Below are positions 19,927 through 29,686 of a DNA stretch of 64,000 nt, in pieces; the stretch's first letter is position 1; each line of letters opens with the position of its first letter. The stretch comes from an uncultured Oscillospiraceae bacterium (GTDB lineage: Bacteria; Bacillota; Clostridia; Oscillospirales; Acutalibacteraceae): positions 44,518 through 108,517 of the forward strand of contig CAOKRT010000001.1 in assembly GCA_948471205.1 (NCBI GenBank), written 5' to 3'. The notes beneath the pieces are model-generated. The model saw only the letters and a program-made list of their open reading frames with translations, had not been told where the DNA came from and searched no databases. The position numbers and the translations under genes are program-made.

Positions 19927-22338
19927 ATGAAATTATATCTGTTTGACAGAACATATAAAATTATTCACTTTGACGATTTAAAAATTCTTAACAATGCAAA
20001 AGAAATCGGAAACAGTGTAAGAACAGTGATGTCGCAGAATGAAATTTTCGTGCTGCAGGTGGCTGTGCTCAGTGAATGCGATGATACAATTGAAAGTGTT
20101 ACTGCAGATGGCGATTTGAAAATCTCGTGTATCAATACAGATACGGTTAATAAATACGGCTTGAAACAAACACAGCAGATTAAGCTGAAGGCAAACAGCA
20201 TACAGCCGCTGTTTTTCACTGTTGAGGCCGGAAAATACGGCGCAAGGGAAGAAACGGCGGTCATTCATATAAATACTGAAAAAGAAAGCAAATCTTTTGA
20301 AGTTGTTTTTGATATAAATACCAGCCCTGTTGAAAATAACGGATATAATGATTTGTGGCGGCTTTCCAGACTTAAATGGCTCAATTCAAATCTTGTTCAG
20401 AATGAAGCCGTTGTAAAACCGTATATTTCACCTGCAATTATAGATAACAGATATGTTATTCTCGGCCGTGATATAGAAATAAGCAAAAACGGTTTGCCGT
20501 GCGGTATATATTCTTTCTTTGATGAAGCGGTTCAGCTTTGTTCTGATGTTCAGAAAGAATTATTTTTTAAAGAGGCTGAATTCAAAGTGTGCGGCAAAAC
20601 GCTTGCTGACGGAAAAACAAAAAAACAGCTTTTTGACAACAGGATTGAAAGTGTAACCGTGTCGGAAAATGGAGATTACCGCTGTACGGTTTCATCTGTA
20701 TTAAGATATGACGGTCAAATGGAATATACGGTGGAAATCATACCCGAAAAAGATTTTAAATCAGATGATGTAACGCTGAGTTTTTATATCAATAAAGATT
20801 GCGGCAGTCTTATGCACGGGCTTGGACACAGAGCGTCAAAAGCAGAGAATTTAACTTTTAAATGGGATAATGATAAGCAGCAGGACTGTATTTTTATAGG
20901 CACTGTAAACTGCGGTATGCGTGTTAAATTCAAAGCGGAAAATTACATAAGACCTCTTATAAACATCTTTTATAAAAATCTTCCGCTTAAAGTTCCTGTT
21001 GAAACATGGGATAATAACGGCAAAGGCGGTATAAGTGTCAGCGTTGAAAAGGATTATACGAAAATCAGTGCTTTCACAGGCAGTTTTGATTTTAAGAAGG
21101 GTGAAGTGCGCAAGTTTATTTTTGAAATAAACGCTACTCCTTTTAAACCGATTGATTATAAAAAGGCATTTTCGGTAAGATATTCTCACTGCGATAAGCT
21201 TGAAGATGAATATAAAGAAATAAACAGGGCTGCCGAAAACGGTTTGAACTATGTTAATTTCCATCAGGGCAATATGATTATGCCGTTTATCAATTATCCG
21301 TTTTATGAGGTTGACAGGCTGAAAAAAGCGGTTCAGTATGCTAAGGAAAAGGGTATAGGAATAAAGCTTTATTATACAGAACGTGAGCACAGCAACCATA
21401 TGGCAGAAACCTTTGTATATAAGGCATTGGGTGATGAAATTATTCTGCGCAAGCAGGGCATAAGCCATTCCTGGCAAAAGGAAAAACCGCAGTGGCTTAT
21501 TGATAATTTCGGTGAGGATATTATACCGGGCTGGTTTGTAAAATATAAAAAAGGCAAATATAAAAACGATCATGATATTTCATTTATCGTTAAGCCGGAT
21601 ACAAGGCTGGATAATTATTATGTAGAGGGATTAAACTGGCTTGTTGATAATGTTGGTATTAAAGGTATCTATATTGATGATACTTCGCTTGACAGAACAA
21701 CCTTGGAACGTGCAAGAAAGGTGCTTGAAAAAACAGACGGACTGATTGATATGCACATGTGGAATCATGAAGAACCGAGAGCAGGAGATGTAAGCTGCCT
21801 GAATCTTTATGCAGAACTGCTTCCGTTTCTTGACAGTATCTGGCTGGGAGAAGGCTTTTTCTATAAAAAATATTCTCCGGAATATATGCTTGCCGAGGTT
21901 TCGGGTATTCCGTACGGTGTAACCGGACAAATGCTTCAGGACGGCGGTGATTTTTACGAGGGTATGCTTTATGCAATGAATAACCGCTTTGGATGGGGTT
22001 ATACAAATGCAACAAAAATGTATAAGGTCTGGGATGATTTCGGCATAGCGGAAAGCAGAATGCTTGGATACTGGCACAGCGAAAATCCTGTTAAAACAGA
22101 TAATGAAAATGTGCTTTCAACTGTGTATCTTAAAGACAATACGGCTCTTTTGTGTCTTTACAATTTTTCAAATAAAAAGGAAAAATTCAGCTTAAATATA
22201 AATAAGACACTGCTTGGATTTGATATTATGAAAGCCGGCGAAGTAAAATTCGGCAAAAGCCGTAAAAGAAAAACGGATATAAATAAAAGCTTTTCTCTTG
22301 GAAAAAGAAAGGGCATTATAATTGAATTAAAGGGGTAA
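19927..22338 (+). CDS. large putative glycoside hydrolase (GH123 / DUF4091-like), no signal peptide
   Basis: 803 aa. The central TIM-barrel-like region (NYVNFHQGN...INYPFYEVD...KLYYTEREHSN...GIYIDDTSLDR...MHMWNH) and C-terminal beta domain resemble GH123/DUF4091-type proteins from memory. No N-terminal hydrophobic segment. Confidence 0.5.
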   Translation: MKLYLFDRTYKIIHFDDLKILNNAKEIGNSVRTVMSQNEIFVLQVAVLSECDDTIESVTADGDLKISCINTDTVNKYGLKQTQQIKLKANSIQPLFFTVEAGKYGAREETAVIHINTEKESKSFEVVFDINTSPVENNGYNDLWRLSRLKWLNSNLVQNEAVVKPYISPAIIDNRYVILGRDIEISKNGLPCGIYSFFDEAVQLCSDVQKELFFKEAEFKVCGKTLADGKTKKQLFDNRIESVTVSENGDYRCTVSSVLRYDGQMEYTVEIIPEKDFKSDDVTLSFYINKDCGSLMHGLGHRASKAENLTFKWDNDKQQDCIFIGTVNCGMRVKFKAENYIRPLINIFYKNLPLKVPVETWDNNGKGGISVSVEKDYTKISAFTGSFDFKKGEVRKFIFEINATPFKPIDYKKAFSVRYSHCDKLEDEYKEINRAAENGLNYVNFHQGNMIMPFINYPFYEVDRLKKAVQYAKEKGIGIKLYYTEREHSNHMAETFVYKALGDEIILRKQGISHSWQKEKPQWLIDNFGEDIIPGWFVKYKKGKYKNDHDISFIVKPDTRLDNYYVEGLNWLVDNVGIKGIYIDDTSLDRTTLERARKVLEKTDGLIDMHMWNHEEPRAGDVSCLNLYAELLPFLDSIWLGEGFFYKKYSPEYMLAEVSGIPYGVTGQMLQDGGDFYEGMLYAMNNRFGWGYTNATKMYKVWDDFGIAESRMLGYWHSENPVKTDNENVLSTVYLKDNTALLCLYNFSNKKEKFSLNINKTLLGFDIMKAGEVKFGKSRKRKTDINKSFSLGKRKGIIIELKG

Positions 22339-22344
22339 TTTATC

Positions 22345-23805
22345 ATGAAAAAAGCAGTAGTTTGTATGATTTGCATTGTTTTTGCACTGGGTATTATCGG
22401 TGCAGGACTTGGGTTGCATTTCGGATATTCAAAAAAATATGATGAAACAAAAACCTATACAGTTGAAACAAACGGTGCGCCGCTTCGTGTTGCTGTTATA
22501 AGTGATTTGCAGCTTCCGGATACGGATGATAAAAATACGCATCAGTATGAATCTTTTGAAAAAACGCTTTCTATGCTGAAAGATAAGGGTATGGATGCAC
22601 TTATCATCGGCGGAGATTTTACGGATATAGGTTCAAAAAAGGCATGGAAATCCTTTAAGGAAATATATGACAGAGTAATGGGAGAAGATAAAAAGCCCAT
22701 TCCGCTTTATATATTGGGAAATCATGATTACTGGCTTAGCAATTTTGTTGATTGCTGGGAAATTCCCACACCTGCCACCATGCAGAAAAGATTTACAAAA
22801 TATACGGGAGAACTTCCTTACAGTCATAAAATTATAAACGGTTATCATTTTATATGCTGGAGTTCTTCAAACGGAAGCTATGATAAATGCAATACAAATA
22901 TGCAGTGGATTAAGGCAGAATTGGATAAAGCAACGGCAGACAGCCCGGATAAACCGATTTTTGTTATAACCCATCTTAATCCAATGGGTACGGTTTACGG
23001 TTCTGATGATTGGGGAAATCAGGATATTGCCGATGTATTAAAGGATTACAGCAATGTTATTTCTATTTCGGGGCATTCTCATTATTCTTTAATAGATGAG
23101 CGTTCTATCTGGCAGGACAGTTTCACGGCATTTACCACACAAAGCCTTGATTATATTGAAATTGAGCCGGGAAAATTCAATACTTCCATTCCGAAAGACG
23201 TTTACGGTGAATCCATGGCGGATGATTTACCGGCATGTCTTTATATGGAAATAGAAGACGGCAGGGTAACCGTGAACCGTCTTGAGGCAAACACGGGAAA
23301 AGAACTGAAAGAACCGTGGGTAATTTCGGCTCCGTTCGGAAGCAGTGAAAGTTTGAGCGTTTATACAGATGCAAGAAAAGAGCAAAACACAGCACCTGTT
23401 ATGCCTGCTGTTTCAGAAGCGGTTATAAGCGATGTGGTTGATATTGAAGATAAGCTTCAGAAAGTAATATCCTTTACAAGTGCAAGCGATGATGATTTTG
23501 TTCATTCCTATAAAATTTCATTTAAAGATGCAGATAAGAATATTATTGAATTTGAAGAAGTGGATTATAACGGCGAACCGGTATTATATGATGAAAACGG
23601 CAATCAGGTAAGTGAAAACGGAAATAAAAAAATGATAACGGAATTGCTTTATTTCAGCGATTTTGTGCTTGGTTTGGACAATATGTCCGAAACCACATCA
23701 TTAAGGCTTCCAGTAAGCTATCCGCAGAATGCGGAATATGCAGAAATAACCGCCATTGATTCATGGGGCGCTGAAAGTAAAAGTGTGCTTTGCAAATTAA
23801 AATAG
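22345..23805 (+). CDS. membrane-anchored calcineurin-like metallophosphoesterase
   Basis: N-terminal TM anchor (VVCMICIVFALGIIGAGLGL). Metallophosphoesterase motifs: ISDLQ, GGDFTD, GNHDYW, THLNP and GHSHY. A C-terminal extra domain of about 150 aa. Confidence 0.8.
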   Translation: MKKAVVCMICIVFALGIIGAGLGLHFGYSKKYDETKTYTVETNGAPLRVAVISDLQLPDTDDKNTHQYESFEKTLSMLKDKGMDALIIGGDFTDIGSKKAWKSFKEIYDRVMGEDKKPIPLYILGNHDYWLSNFVDCWEIPTPATMQKRFTKYTGELPYSHKIINGYHFICWSSSNGSYDKCNTNMQWIKAELDKATADSPDKPIFVITHLNPMGTVYGSDDWGNQDIADVLKDYSNVISISGHSHYSLIDERSIWQDSFTAFTTQSLDYIEIEPGKFNTSIPKDVYGESMADDLPACLYMEIEDGRVTVNRLEANTGKELKEPWVISAPFGSSESLSVYTDARKEQNTAPVMPAVSEAVISDVVDIEDKLQKVISFTSASDDDFVHSYKISFKDADKNIIEFEEVDYNGEPVLYDENGNQVSENGNKKMITELLYFSDFVLGLDNMSETTSLRLPVSYPQNAEYAEITAIDSWGAESKSVLCKLK

Positions 23806-23815
23806 GAGAATGATT

Positions 23816-24874
23816 ATGAAAAAAAGATTTATCAGAATTATGCTGTTCATTTTCGTGTGCCTTTTGGGGGTAACACTGTCTTCTTGTACCGCCAAGGAAA
23901 AAGTACAGGATGAAAGCTGGAAAACAAATGAAAAATATGATTTGTCAGTACCTGTGCTTAACAGTGACGGATGGTATCTTGTTTTTGAAGATGATTTTAA
24001 CGGAAATACACTTAATGAAAATATCACTTTTGGTGAAAAATACAGCGGAAACAAGGAAATATGGACAACATCTCCCCATGCCGTGCGTTGGGAAAGCAAT
24101 GACCCCGAAAAGCCGGAGCAGGCATGCTACTGGTGCCCGAATATGGTAGAGATTAAAGATTCAAATGCGGTAATACATTCCCGTTATGAAGAAAATCATT
24201 CCTGCGACGGGGATTGTCCCGCTGCGGCAAGATTTACTTCGGGAATTGAAACAAGAAGAATTATAGGCGATAATAACAGCAATAAGGGGCAGAGCGATGA
24301 AATGCTTTTTTCACAGGCATTCGGTTACTTTGAATGCAGGGTTAAATTCCCGAATTCAAAGGGCTTATGGTCGGCATTCTGGCTTCAGTCCTCAAATATG
24401 AGAAAGGTTGGCAATGAGGGTAAAGACGGCACGGAAATTGATGTTTATGAAAGTGCTTTTATAAACAGTGAAAATTCCAGAATGGGTCATGCTCTTTTGT
24501 GGGACGGTTACGGAGAGGACGGTAAAGTCTCTGACTATAAATGCGATTTAGAGCAGAATCTTTATGACGGTTATCATACTTTTGCGCTTAAATGGACGCC
24601 GGAATATTATGTTTTCTATATAGACGGTGTTGCAACATGGGCAACTGATGACAGTGATGTTTCAAGAGTTAAAGAGTTTTTAAGACTTACGGTTGAAATA
24701 GACGCCGGTGACGAATGGGGACCTCACGGACAGAATATAGGTGCGTTCAGCCATAATAACGAGGATAATGAGGATTTCCTTATTGATTATGTTAAGGTTT
24801 ATCAGAATGAAGGCTTTGAGCAGCATATTATGGATGACAGTGAATTCGGCGGCGATATTGATCTTGTAAACTAA
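23816..24874 (+). CDS. GH16-family glycoside hydrolase lipoprotein
   Basis: Lipobox LSSC. GH16 catalytic motif GTEIDVYE preceded by GLWSAFWL. I place the start at ATG 23816, 7 nt after AGGAG. Confidence 0.82.
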   Translation: MKKRFIRIMLFIFVCLLGVTLSSCTAKEKVQDESWKTNEKYDLSVPVLNSDGWYLVFEDDFNGNTLNENITFGEKYSGNKEIWTTSPHAVRWESNDPEKPEQACYWCPNMVEIKDSNAVIHSRYEENHSCDGDCPAAARFTSGIETRRIIGDNNSNKGQSDEMLFSQAFGYFECRVKFPNSKGLWSAFWLQSSNMRKVGNEGKDGTEIDVYESAFINSENSRMGHALLWDGYGEDGKVSDYKCDLEQNLYDGYHTFALKWTPEYYVFYIDGVATWATDDSDVSRVKEFLRLTVEIDAGDEWGPHGQNIGAFSHNNEDNEDFLIDYVKVYQNEGFEQHIMDDSEFGGDIDLVN

Positions 24875-24880
24875 TTTATA

Positions 24881-24908
24881 AAAGCAGGGCGGACTGCCCT
24901 GCTTTTAT
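24881..24908 (+). terminator. intrinsic terminator after the GH16 gene
   Basis: GCAGGGC (24884-24890) pairs with GCCCTGC (24896-24902), followed by TTTTATT. Confidence 0.75.
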
Positions 24909-24937
24909 TGTTTATTGACCTGATAATGAAAGTTGTT

Positions 24938-25183
24938 TTAAAAATTTAATCCATCAAAGAAGACATCAAATGATTTAACGCCGTAAATTTGTTTTAAAGC
25001 TAAAAGAACACTTATCCGTACGCTGTAACGACCCTGTTCAATTTTAGAGAGAATATCTTCAGTCATATGAATACCTAAAATTTCCAACTGTGCAGATACC
25101 TCTCGTTGAGATAGTTTAGACTTTTTTCGCAATGCTTTCAGATTTGAACCAATAGAAATATCCTGTTTTAATCCGGTTGACAT
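24938..25183 (-). CDS. XRE-family HTH transcriptional regulator
   Basis: IGSNLKALRKKSKLSQREVSAQLEILG...LSKIEQG is a Cro/C1-type HTH. I place the start at ATG 25183, behind AAGGAGG. Confidence 0.85.
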   Translation of the reverse strand: MSTGLKQDISIGSNLKALRKKSKLSQREVSAQLEILGIHMTEDILSKIEQGRYSVRISVLLALKQIYGVKSFDVFFDGLNF

Positions 25184-25294
25184 ATATGCCTCCTTAAATA
25201 ATTTTTTCTGGATGTATATATCCATATTGATTTTACATCAAAAACTGTGTTATAATCGGATGAATACATCCGATTTTGTTTAGGAGGACAAATT

Positions 25295-25567
25295 ATGAAA
25301 AAAATTTCAGACGACGAACAAGAAAATTTTAAAAAAGTATTTAATGAACTTCCGGAAGATGCGCAGCATGCCGTATGCTGGTTATTGGATAATTTTGATC
25401 TTGCTGCCGAACTGTGCAGGCATTCGGATATGACAGAGGACGAAATAGAAAAATATAAAACAGCAGCCAGAGAAAAAGACGATTATCTTTTGCTTGTTCT
25501 TTTAAATGTTGCCGAAATGTATAAAAACGGCAGTTTGGAAGAACAGGAATCGTCAGAGCAGTGTTGA
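25295..25567 (+). CDS. acidic hypothetical protein (90 aa)
   Basis: AGGAGG lies upstream of ATG 25295. I recognise no motif. Divergent from the XRE gene and co-directional with the downstream lipoprotein. Confidence 0.55.
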   Translation: MKKISDDEQENFKKVFNELPEDAQHAVCWLLDNFDLAAELCRHSDMTEDEIEKYKTAAREKDDYLLLVLLNVAEMYKNGSLEEQESSEQC

Positions 25568-25615
25568 ATTACAGGTATGTTTATAATATAATTAATAAAA
25601 GGAGTGAAAATATTT

Positions 25616-27244
25616 ATGAAAAACATTAAGAAATATTTTCTTGTGTTTATGGCAGTGTCCATTGCTTTATGCTTTACTGCCTGTTCAGGAAATTTAAAGG
25701 CAGATGCCCAAAATGCTGTTTTGCCGAATATTAATCCGCCGCAGACGGTTGTTTATATTATTAACAGAGCAGATATGAGTGACGGTGAATATTCTATGAT
25801 TGCTTCCCTTCAGGGAATTTGTGCGCAAAGTGAAGCTAGAATTTATATTGAAGACGGCGCCAATTACATAATGATTAAAGACTATATTGAAAATGCAAGT
25901 CATTTAACTGTAAAAAAAACAACGGATGTTAAAACCTTAATAAATGAAAATATAGATTATATTAAGGATAAGGGCTGTGTTGTTTTTGAAACGGGAAATA
26001 ACAGCACTGTTAATATGGCATTTACAGTATCGGGAATGGAGAAATGGCTGGCTATTCCTGCCGAATTTGCCGAAGAAGCAAAAGAAATGGGGCTTGAAAT
26101 CAAGCAGGATTTAACAAGGAAAGAAAACGGTGCATATACAGTAAATCAGGAAGCGTTGTTTGAAAAATATAAAGACCGGCTTAATAAAAATATAATTGTT
26201 CATCAGACGCCGGAACTGGTAACGCTTCTTGATTATGCCGCGGCAGTGGGTGCATTCTGCTTTTATACGGATGAAAGCAGCCGTTCGCAGGTAAAATTCA
26301 GGGAAAAGGTTTTTGCGTGGGCAAATAAAAATGCAACGGTTTTAGGCTGGAGCGCTGATGAGTTGGGTTATGTAAAACAGGCAAGCAAATGTGCAATCTC
26401 TGTTGTTCCTTCTGATCATTGCAGCAATCTGAGCTTGTTGTCTTCGCTTCCTGCGGAAGAAATAAAGCAGAAAAATACTGCAGAAAAGATAACTCCCGAT
26501 AAAAACAAGCATTATATTGCGCTTGTTATGAGCGATGGTGATAATATTCAGTGGTATCAGACAACTTTTCCTTACAGCGGTCATTTTTATGACCGAATCA
26601 GCACGGCAGAGGATTATAAGTTGACATGGACGGCTCCGCCTATTTTATATAAACTTGCCCCTTCGGTGCTTCGGTATGTATATAATTCGGCTACAGACAG
26701 AGACAGATTTGTTTGCGGAGTTTCCGGCATCGGTTATATTAATCCTACTGCTTATAATAAGAATGCCATTGCCGATTTTGTTTTTGAAAGTGTGGATGCA
26801 ATGAAGAATGCGGACCTTCAAACCATTACTGTGCTGGATAACAGTAAAAGTGTTCGCAAGTTAAGCCAGGCAATGGAATATTATGCAGCGCAGGATTTTA
26901 TTCCCGGCAGTCTGATGCAGATTCAACACAAGTATGAGGCTCTTGGCGGAAAAACTTTATTTGTGAACGGAAAACCGTTTGTAAGTGCAAAGCGTTCTTT
27001 TTGGTTTACATCCGAAAATGAAAATGAAAAAATAACAAATGAATGGATTGAAGCTTTTGCACAGGAAATAAACGCACTGCCTGCTGATATACATTCCGAA
27101 AACGGTTACAGCTATATTAATATTCATCCATGGTCTGTAACAATAGAAGATTTAAATTATCTTGTATCACTTTTGGATGCGCATATAGAAATTGTTTACG
27201 GTGATGAGCTTATTGAAATGATAAAGGAAAATGTTGAATTTTAA
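25616..27244 (+). CDS. GxGYxYP-like putative glycoside hydrolase lipoprotein
   Basis: Signal peptide plus lipobox (ALCFTACSG). Internal VCGVSGIGYINP matches the GxGYxYP family motif apart from Y to N. I place the start at ATG 25616, after AAGGAG. Confidence 0.55.
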   Translation: MKNIKKYFLVFMAVSIALCFTACSGNLKADAQNAVLPNINPPQTVVYIINRADMSDGEYSMIASLQGICAQSEARIYIEDGANYIMIKDYIENASHLTVKKTTDVKTLINENIDYIKDKGCVVFETGNNSTVNMAFTVSGMEKWLAIPAEFAEEAKEMGLEIKQDLTRKENGAYTVNQEALFEKYKDRLNKNIIVHQTPELVTLLDYAAAVGAFCFYTDESSRSQVKFREKVFAWANKNATVLGWSADELGYVKQASKCAISVVPSDHCSNLSLLSSLPAEEIKQKNTAEKITPDKNKHYIALVMSDGDNIQWYQTTFPYSGHFYDRISTAEDYKLTWTAPPILYKLAPSVLRYVYNSATDRDRFVCGVSGIGYINPTAYNKNAIADFVFESVDAMKNADLQTITVLDNSKSVRKLSQAMEYYAAQDFIPGSLMQIQHKYEALGGKTLFVNGKPFVSAKRSFWFTSENENEKITNEWIEAFAQEINALPADIHSENGYSYINIHPWSVTIEDLNYLVSLLDAHIEIVYGDELIEMIKENVEF

Positions 27245-27264
27245 TAGGGAATAAGGCGGTTTTT

Positions 27265-28227
27265 ATGAAGTATATTGATTTGCATGCAGATACTGTTACC
27301 ATGCTGAACATATCAAGGGAAAACCTTGATAAAAATAAACGAATGGTAACCATTCAGGCTATGAAACAGGGAGAAACGGCAGTACAGTGTTTTTCTGCCT
27401 TTGTGCCCACGGGTTTTTATCCGAAGCCCGTAAGGGATACGTTTGTGTGGAAACGATTTTGCCGCATTGCTGATAAAAAAGATATGCTGTTGAAACAGCA
27501 CAGCGATGCTTTAACGGCTGTTGAAAGCATAAAAGATTTGGATGGCTGCCGTGAGAGTAGTAAAATCGGTGTAGTTTTTACAATTGAGGATATGGGTGTT
27601 ATAGGTGAAGATGCGGCAAAACTGGAAGCGGCCTATAAACGCGGTGTGCGCATAGCAAGCCTTACATGGAATCATGAAAATACATTGGCTTTTCCGAATT
27701 CAAAAAAGGCTGATATTATGCGCAAAGGGCTTAAACCTTTTGGATTTGAAATGATAGAAAAAATGAACGATATGGGAATTATAATTGATGTTTCCCATTT
27801 ATCTGACGGTGGTTTTTACGATTGTATAAAGCACAGTAAAAAGCCGATTATTGCCACGCATTCAAACAGCAGGGCAATAACAAATCATCCCCGAAATCTT
27901 ACGGATGATATGCTCCGGGCACTGGCAGATAAGGGCGGAATAACCGGTTTGAATTTCGCACCGAATTTTCTGAGCAACAGAAAAGATAAACGAAGCATTA
28001 CAGAAGATATGGTTCGCCATATCCTTCATATCAGAAATATTGCAGGCAGCGGTGTTCTTGCAATTGGCTCTGATTTTGATGGAATAAACGGTAAACTTGA
28101 AATTGCCGCGCCTGCCGATATGCCTGTTCTGGCGGATGCACTGCGAAAGGGCGGTCTTTCGGAAACGGAGCTTGAGGATATGTTTTATAATAATGCCGCA
28201 AGGGTTTTCTGCGAGGTTTGGAAATAG
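27265..28227 (+). CDS. M19-family (renal-type) dipeptidase, cytoplasmic
   Basis: Motifs IDLHADT, SLTWNHEN, IIDVSHLSD, ATHSNSRA..HPRNLTDD and GSDFDG. No signal peptide. Lies 20 nt downstream of the lipoprotein gene. Confidence 0.85.
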   Translation: MKYIDLHADTVTMLNISRENLDKNKRMVTIQAMKQGETAVQCFSAFVPTGFYPKPVRDTFVWKRFCRIADKKDMLLKQHSDALTAVESIKDLDGCRESSKIGVVFTIEDMGVIGEDAAKLEAAYKRGVRIASLTWNHENTLAFPNSKKADIMRKGLKPFGFEMIEKMNDMGIIIDVSHLSDGGFYDCIKHSKKPIIATHSNSRAITNHPRNLTDDMLRALADKGGITGLNFAPNFLSNRKDKRSITEDMVRHILHIRNIAGSGVLAIGSDFDGINGKLEIAAPADMPVLADALRKGGLSETELEDMFYNNAARVFCEVWK

Positions 28228-28273
28228 AATAAGACAATTTTCAGAAAACCAATCATAAATTATTTAATAAAAT

Positions 28274-28300
28274 GGCATCTCAACCGAGATGCCGTTTATA
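28274..28300. terminator. bidirectional terminator between the dipeptidase and the alcohol dehydrogenase
   Basis: GGCATCTC (28274-28281) pairs with GAGATGCC (28286-28293). It is flanked by A-rich and T-rich tracts and lies between convergent genes. Confidence 0.7.
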
Positions 28301-28323
28301 TTTTTTATATGTTTTCTGTTAAA

Positions 28324-29499
28324 TTAACGGAAGGATTTATCAAAAATATCTGCGCATTCTTTGTCAGACATCGGGCAAGGGTTTGAAAGGAACAAGCTGC
28401 CCATTGTTTCTCTTGCATTTATTGCAAGCTTCATGCTTTCTGACTTTTCAAATCCATAATCACGCATTTTTAAATTATCAACGCCGCATGCCTTTTGAAG
28501 ATTTACAAGTGCGGTTATAAAATCTTCGGGCTTATCGGCGCTGGGAATTCCCATTGCTCTTGCCATTTTGATAAACTGCTGATCGCAGGCATGTTTTTCA
28601 ATAAAGAATTCTGCAAATGCTTTTGAAATCATGATCAGTCCTGCACCGTGAGGAAGATTGGGATGGTAAGCACTCATAGCATGCTCCATTGAATGCTGTG
28701 CTGTTGTATTTGTAAGCTGCATTGTTATTCCTGCAACGGTGCTTCCGTAGGCAACGGCTTCTCTTGCTTCCAGGTCATACCCGTTTGCAACCGCTTTCGG
28801 AAGATATTTTGCAATATGTTCAATAGCCGAAAGTGCCATTGTCTCACTCAGAATATTTACACCGTTTGAAATCATAACCTCTGTGTTATGAAACAGAGCG
28901 TCAAATCCCTGATATGCAGTGTATTTGGGCGGCACTGTTCTTATTAGCTCCGGGTCTACAATGGATAAAACAGGCACAAGCTCGGGATAGCCGAAACCAA
29001 TTTTTTCATGTGTTTCAGGATTGGAAATTACACCCCAGCAGTTAATTTCAGAGCCTGTGCCGGAGGATGTTGCAATTGTAACAATCGGAAGCCCGGCATG
29101 AATAAGCGGTTGTCCTTTTCCTGTTCCTCCGTTTACATAATCCCAAAGGTCGCCAGGATTGGTTGCCATAGCAGAAACGGCAGTTGCCGAATCAAGAACG
29201 GCACCGCCGCCAAGAGCAATTATGAAATCACAGCCGTTTTCTTTTGCAAAGGAAGCGGCCTCCATAATGATATTCTTAGTTGGGTTTTCCATAATTCCTG
29301 CAAATTCAAAAATCTCAGTATCTGCCTGTTTAAGCTGGCTGATAACAATATCATATGCGCCGCTTATTTTTGCCGATTTGCCTGCAGACATAAGAAGCAG
29401 TGCTTTTTTGCCGGGCATTTTGTGGCTGCCCAGTGTATTTATTGAGCCTGAACCGAAAATAAGATTTGTGGGGCTGTTTAAGTTAAAATGCATTTTCAT
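28324..29499 (-). CDS. iron-containing (group III) alcohol dehydrogenase
   Basis: GGGAVLDS motif, a histidine cluster (FHNTEV...HSMEHAMS...HGAG), 391 aa. GGAGGA Shine-Dalgarno. Confidence 0.88.
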   Translation of the reverse strand: MKMHFNLNSPTNLIFGSGSINTLGSHKMPGKKALLLMSAGKSAKISGAYDIVISQLKQADTEIFEFAGIMENPTKNIIMEAASFAKENGCDFIIALGGGAVLDSATAVSAMATNPGDLWDYVNGGTGKGQPLIHAGLPIVTIATSSGTGSEINCWGVISNPETHEKIGFGYPELVPVLSIVDPELIRTVPPKYTAYQGFDALFHNTEVMISNGVNILSETMALSAIEHIAKYLPKAVANGYDLEAREAVAYGSTVAGITMQLTNTTAQHSMEHAMSAYHPNLPHGAGLIMISKAFAEFFIEKHACDQQFIKMARAMGIPSADKPEDFITALVNLQKACGVDNLKMRDYGFEKSESMKLAINARETMGSLFLSNPCPMSDKECADIFDKSFR

Positions 29500-29582
29500 A
29501 CTAAATTCCTCCGATGATATATTCGATGATTTTATTATAAAGTTACGGCATTAAAATAGCAAATACTTAAAATGTAAGGGGT

Positions 29583-29612
29583 ATTATACCTTTTAAGCAT
29601 ATTGAATAACAA
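29583..29612 (-). promoter_or_regulatory. possible own promoter of the alcohol dehydrogenase gene
   Basis: Minus-strand TTGTTA (29612-29607), an 18-nt spacer, then TATAAT (29588-29583). It lies downstream of the permease terminator. Confidence 0.45.
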
Positions 29613-29617
29613 AATAA

Positions 29618-29665
29618 ATACCGCAGAAAAACTTATAGCTGATTTATAAGTTTTCACTGCGGTAT
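29618..29665 (-). terminator. intrinsic terminator after the APC permease gene
   Basis: A long, nearly perfect hairpin: ATACCGCAG(A/T-rich arm)...CACTGCGGTAT. On the minus strand it is followed by TTATTTTGTT. Confidence 0.65.
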
Positions 29666-29686
29666 GCATGTATATATGATTTTATT

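Noticed and set aside
20851-21573. 240-aa minus-strand ORF
   Set aside because: It is antisense to the 803-aa glycosidase-like gene, with low-complexity Phe/Ile/Lys-rich translation and no start context.
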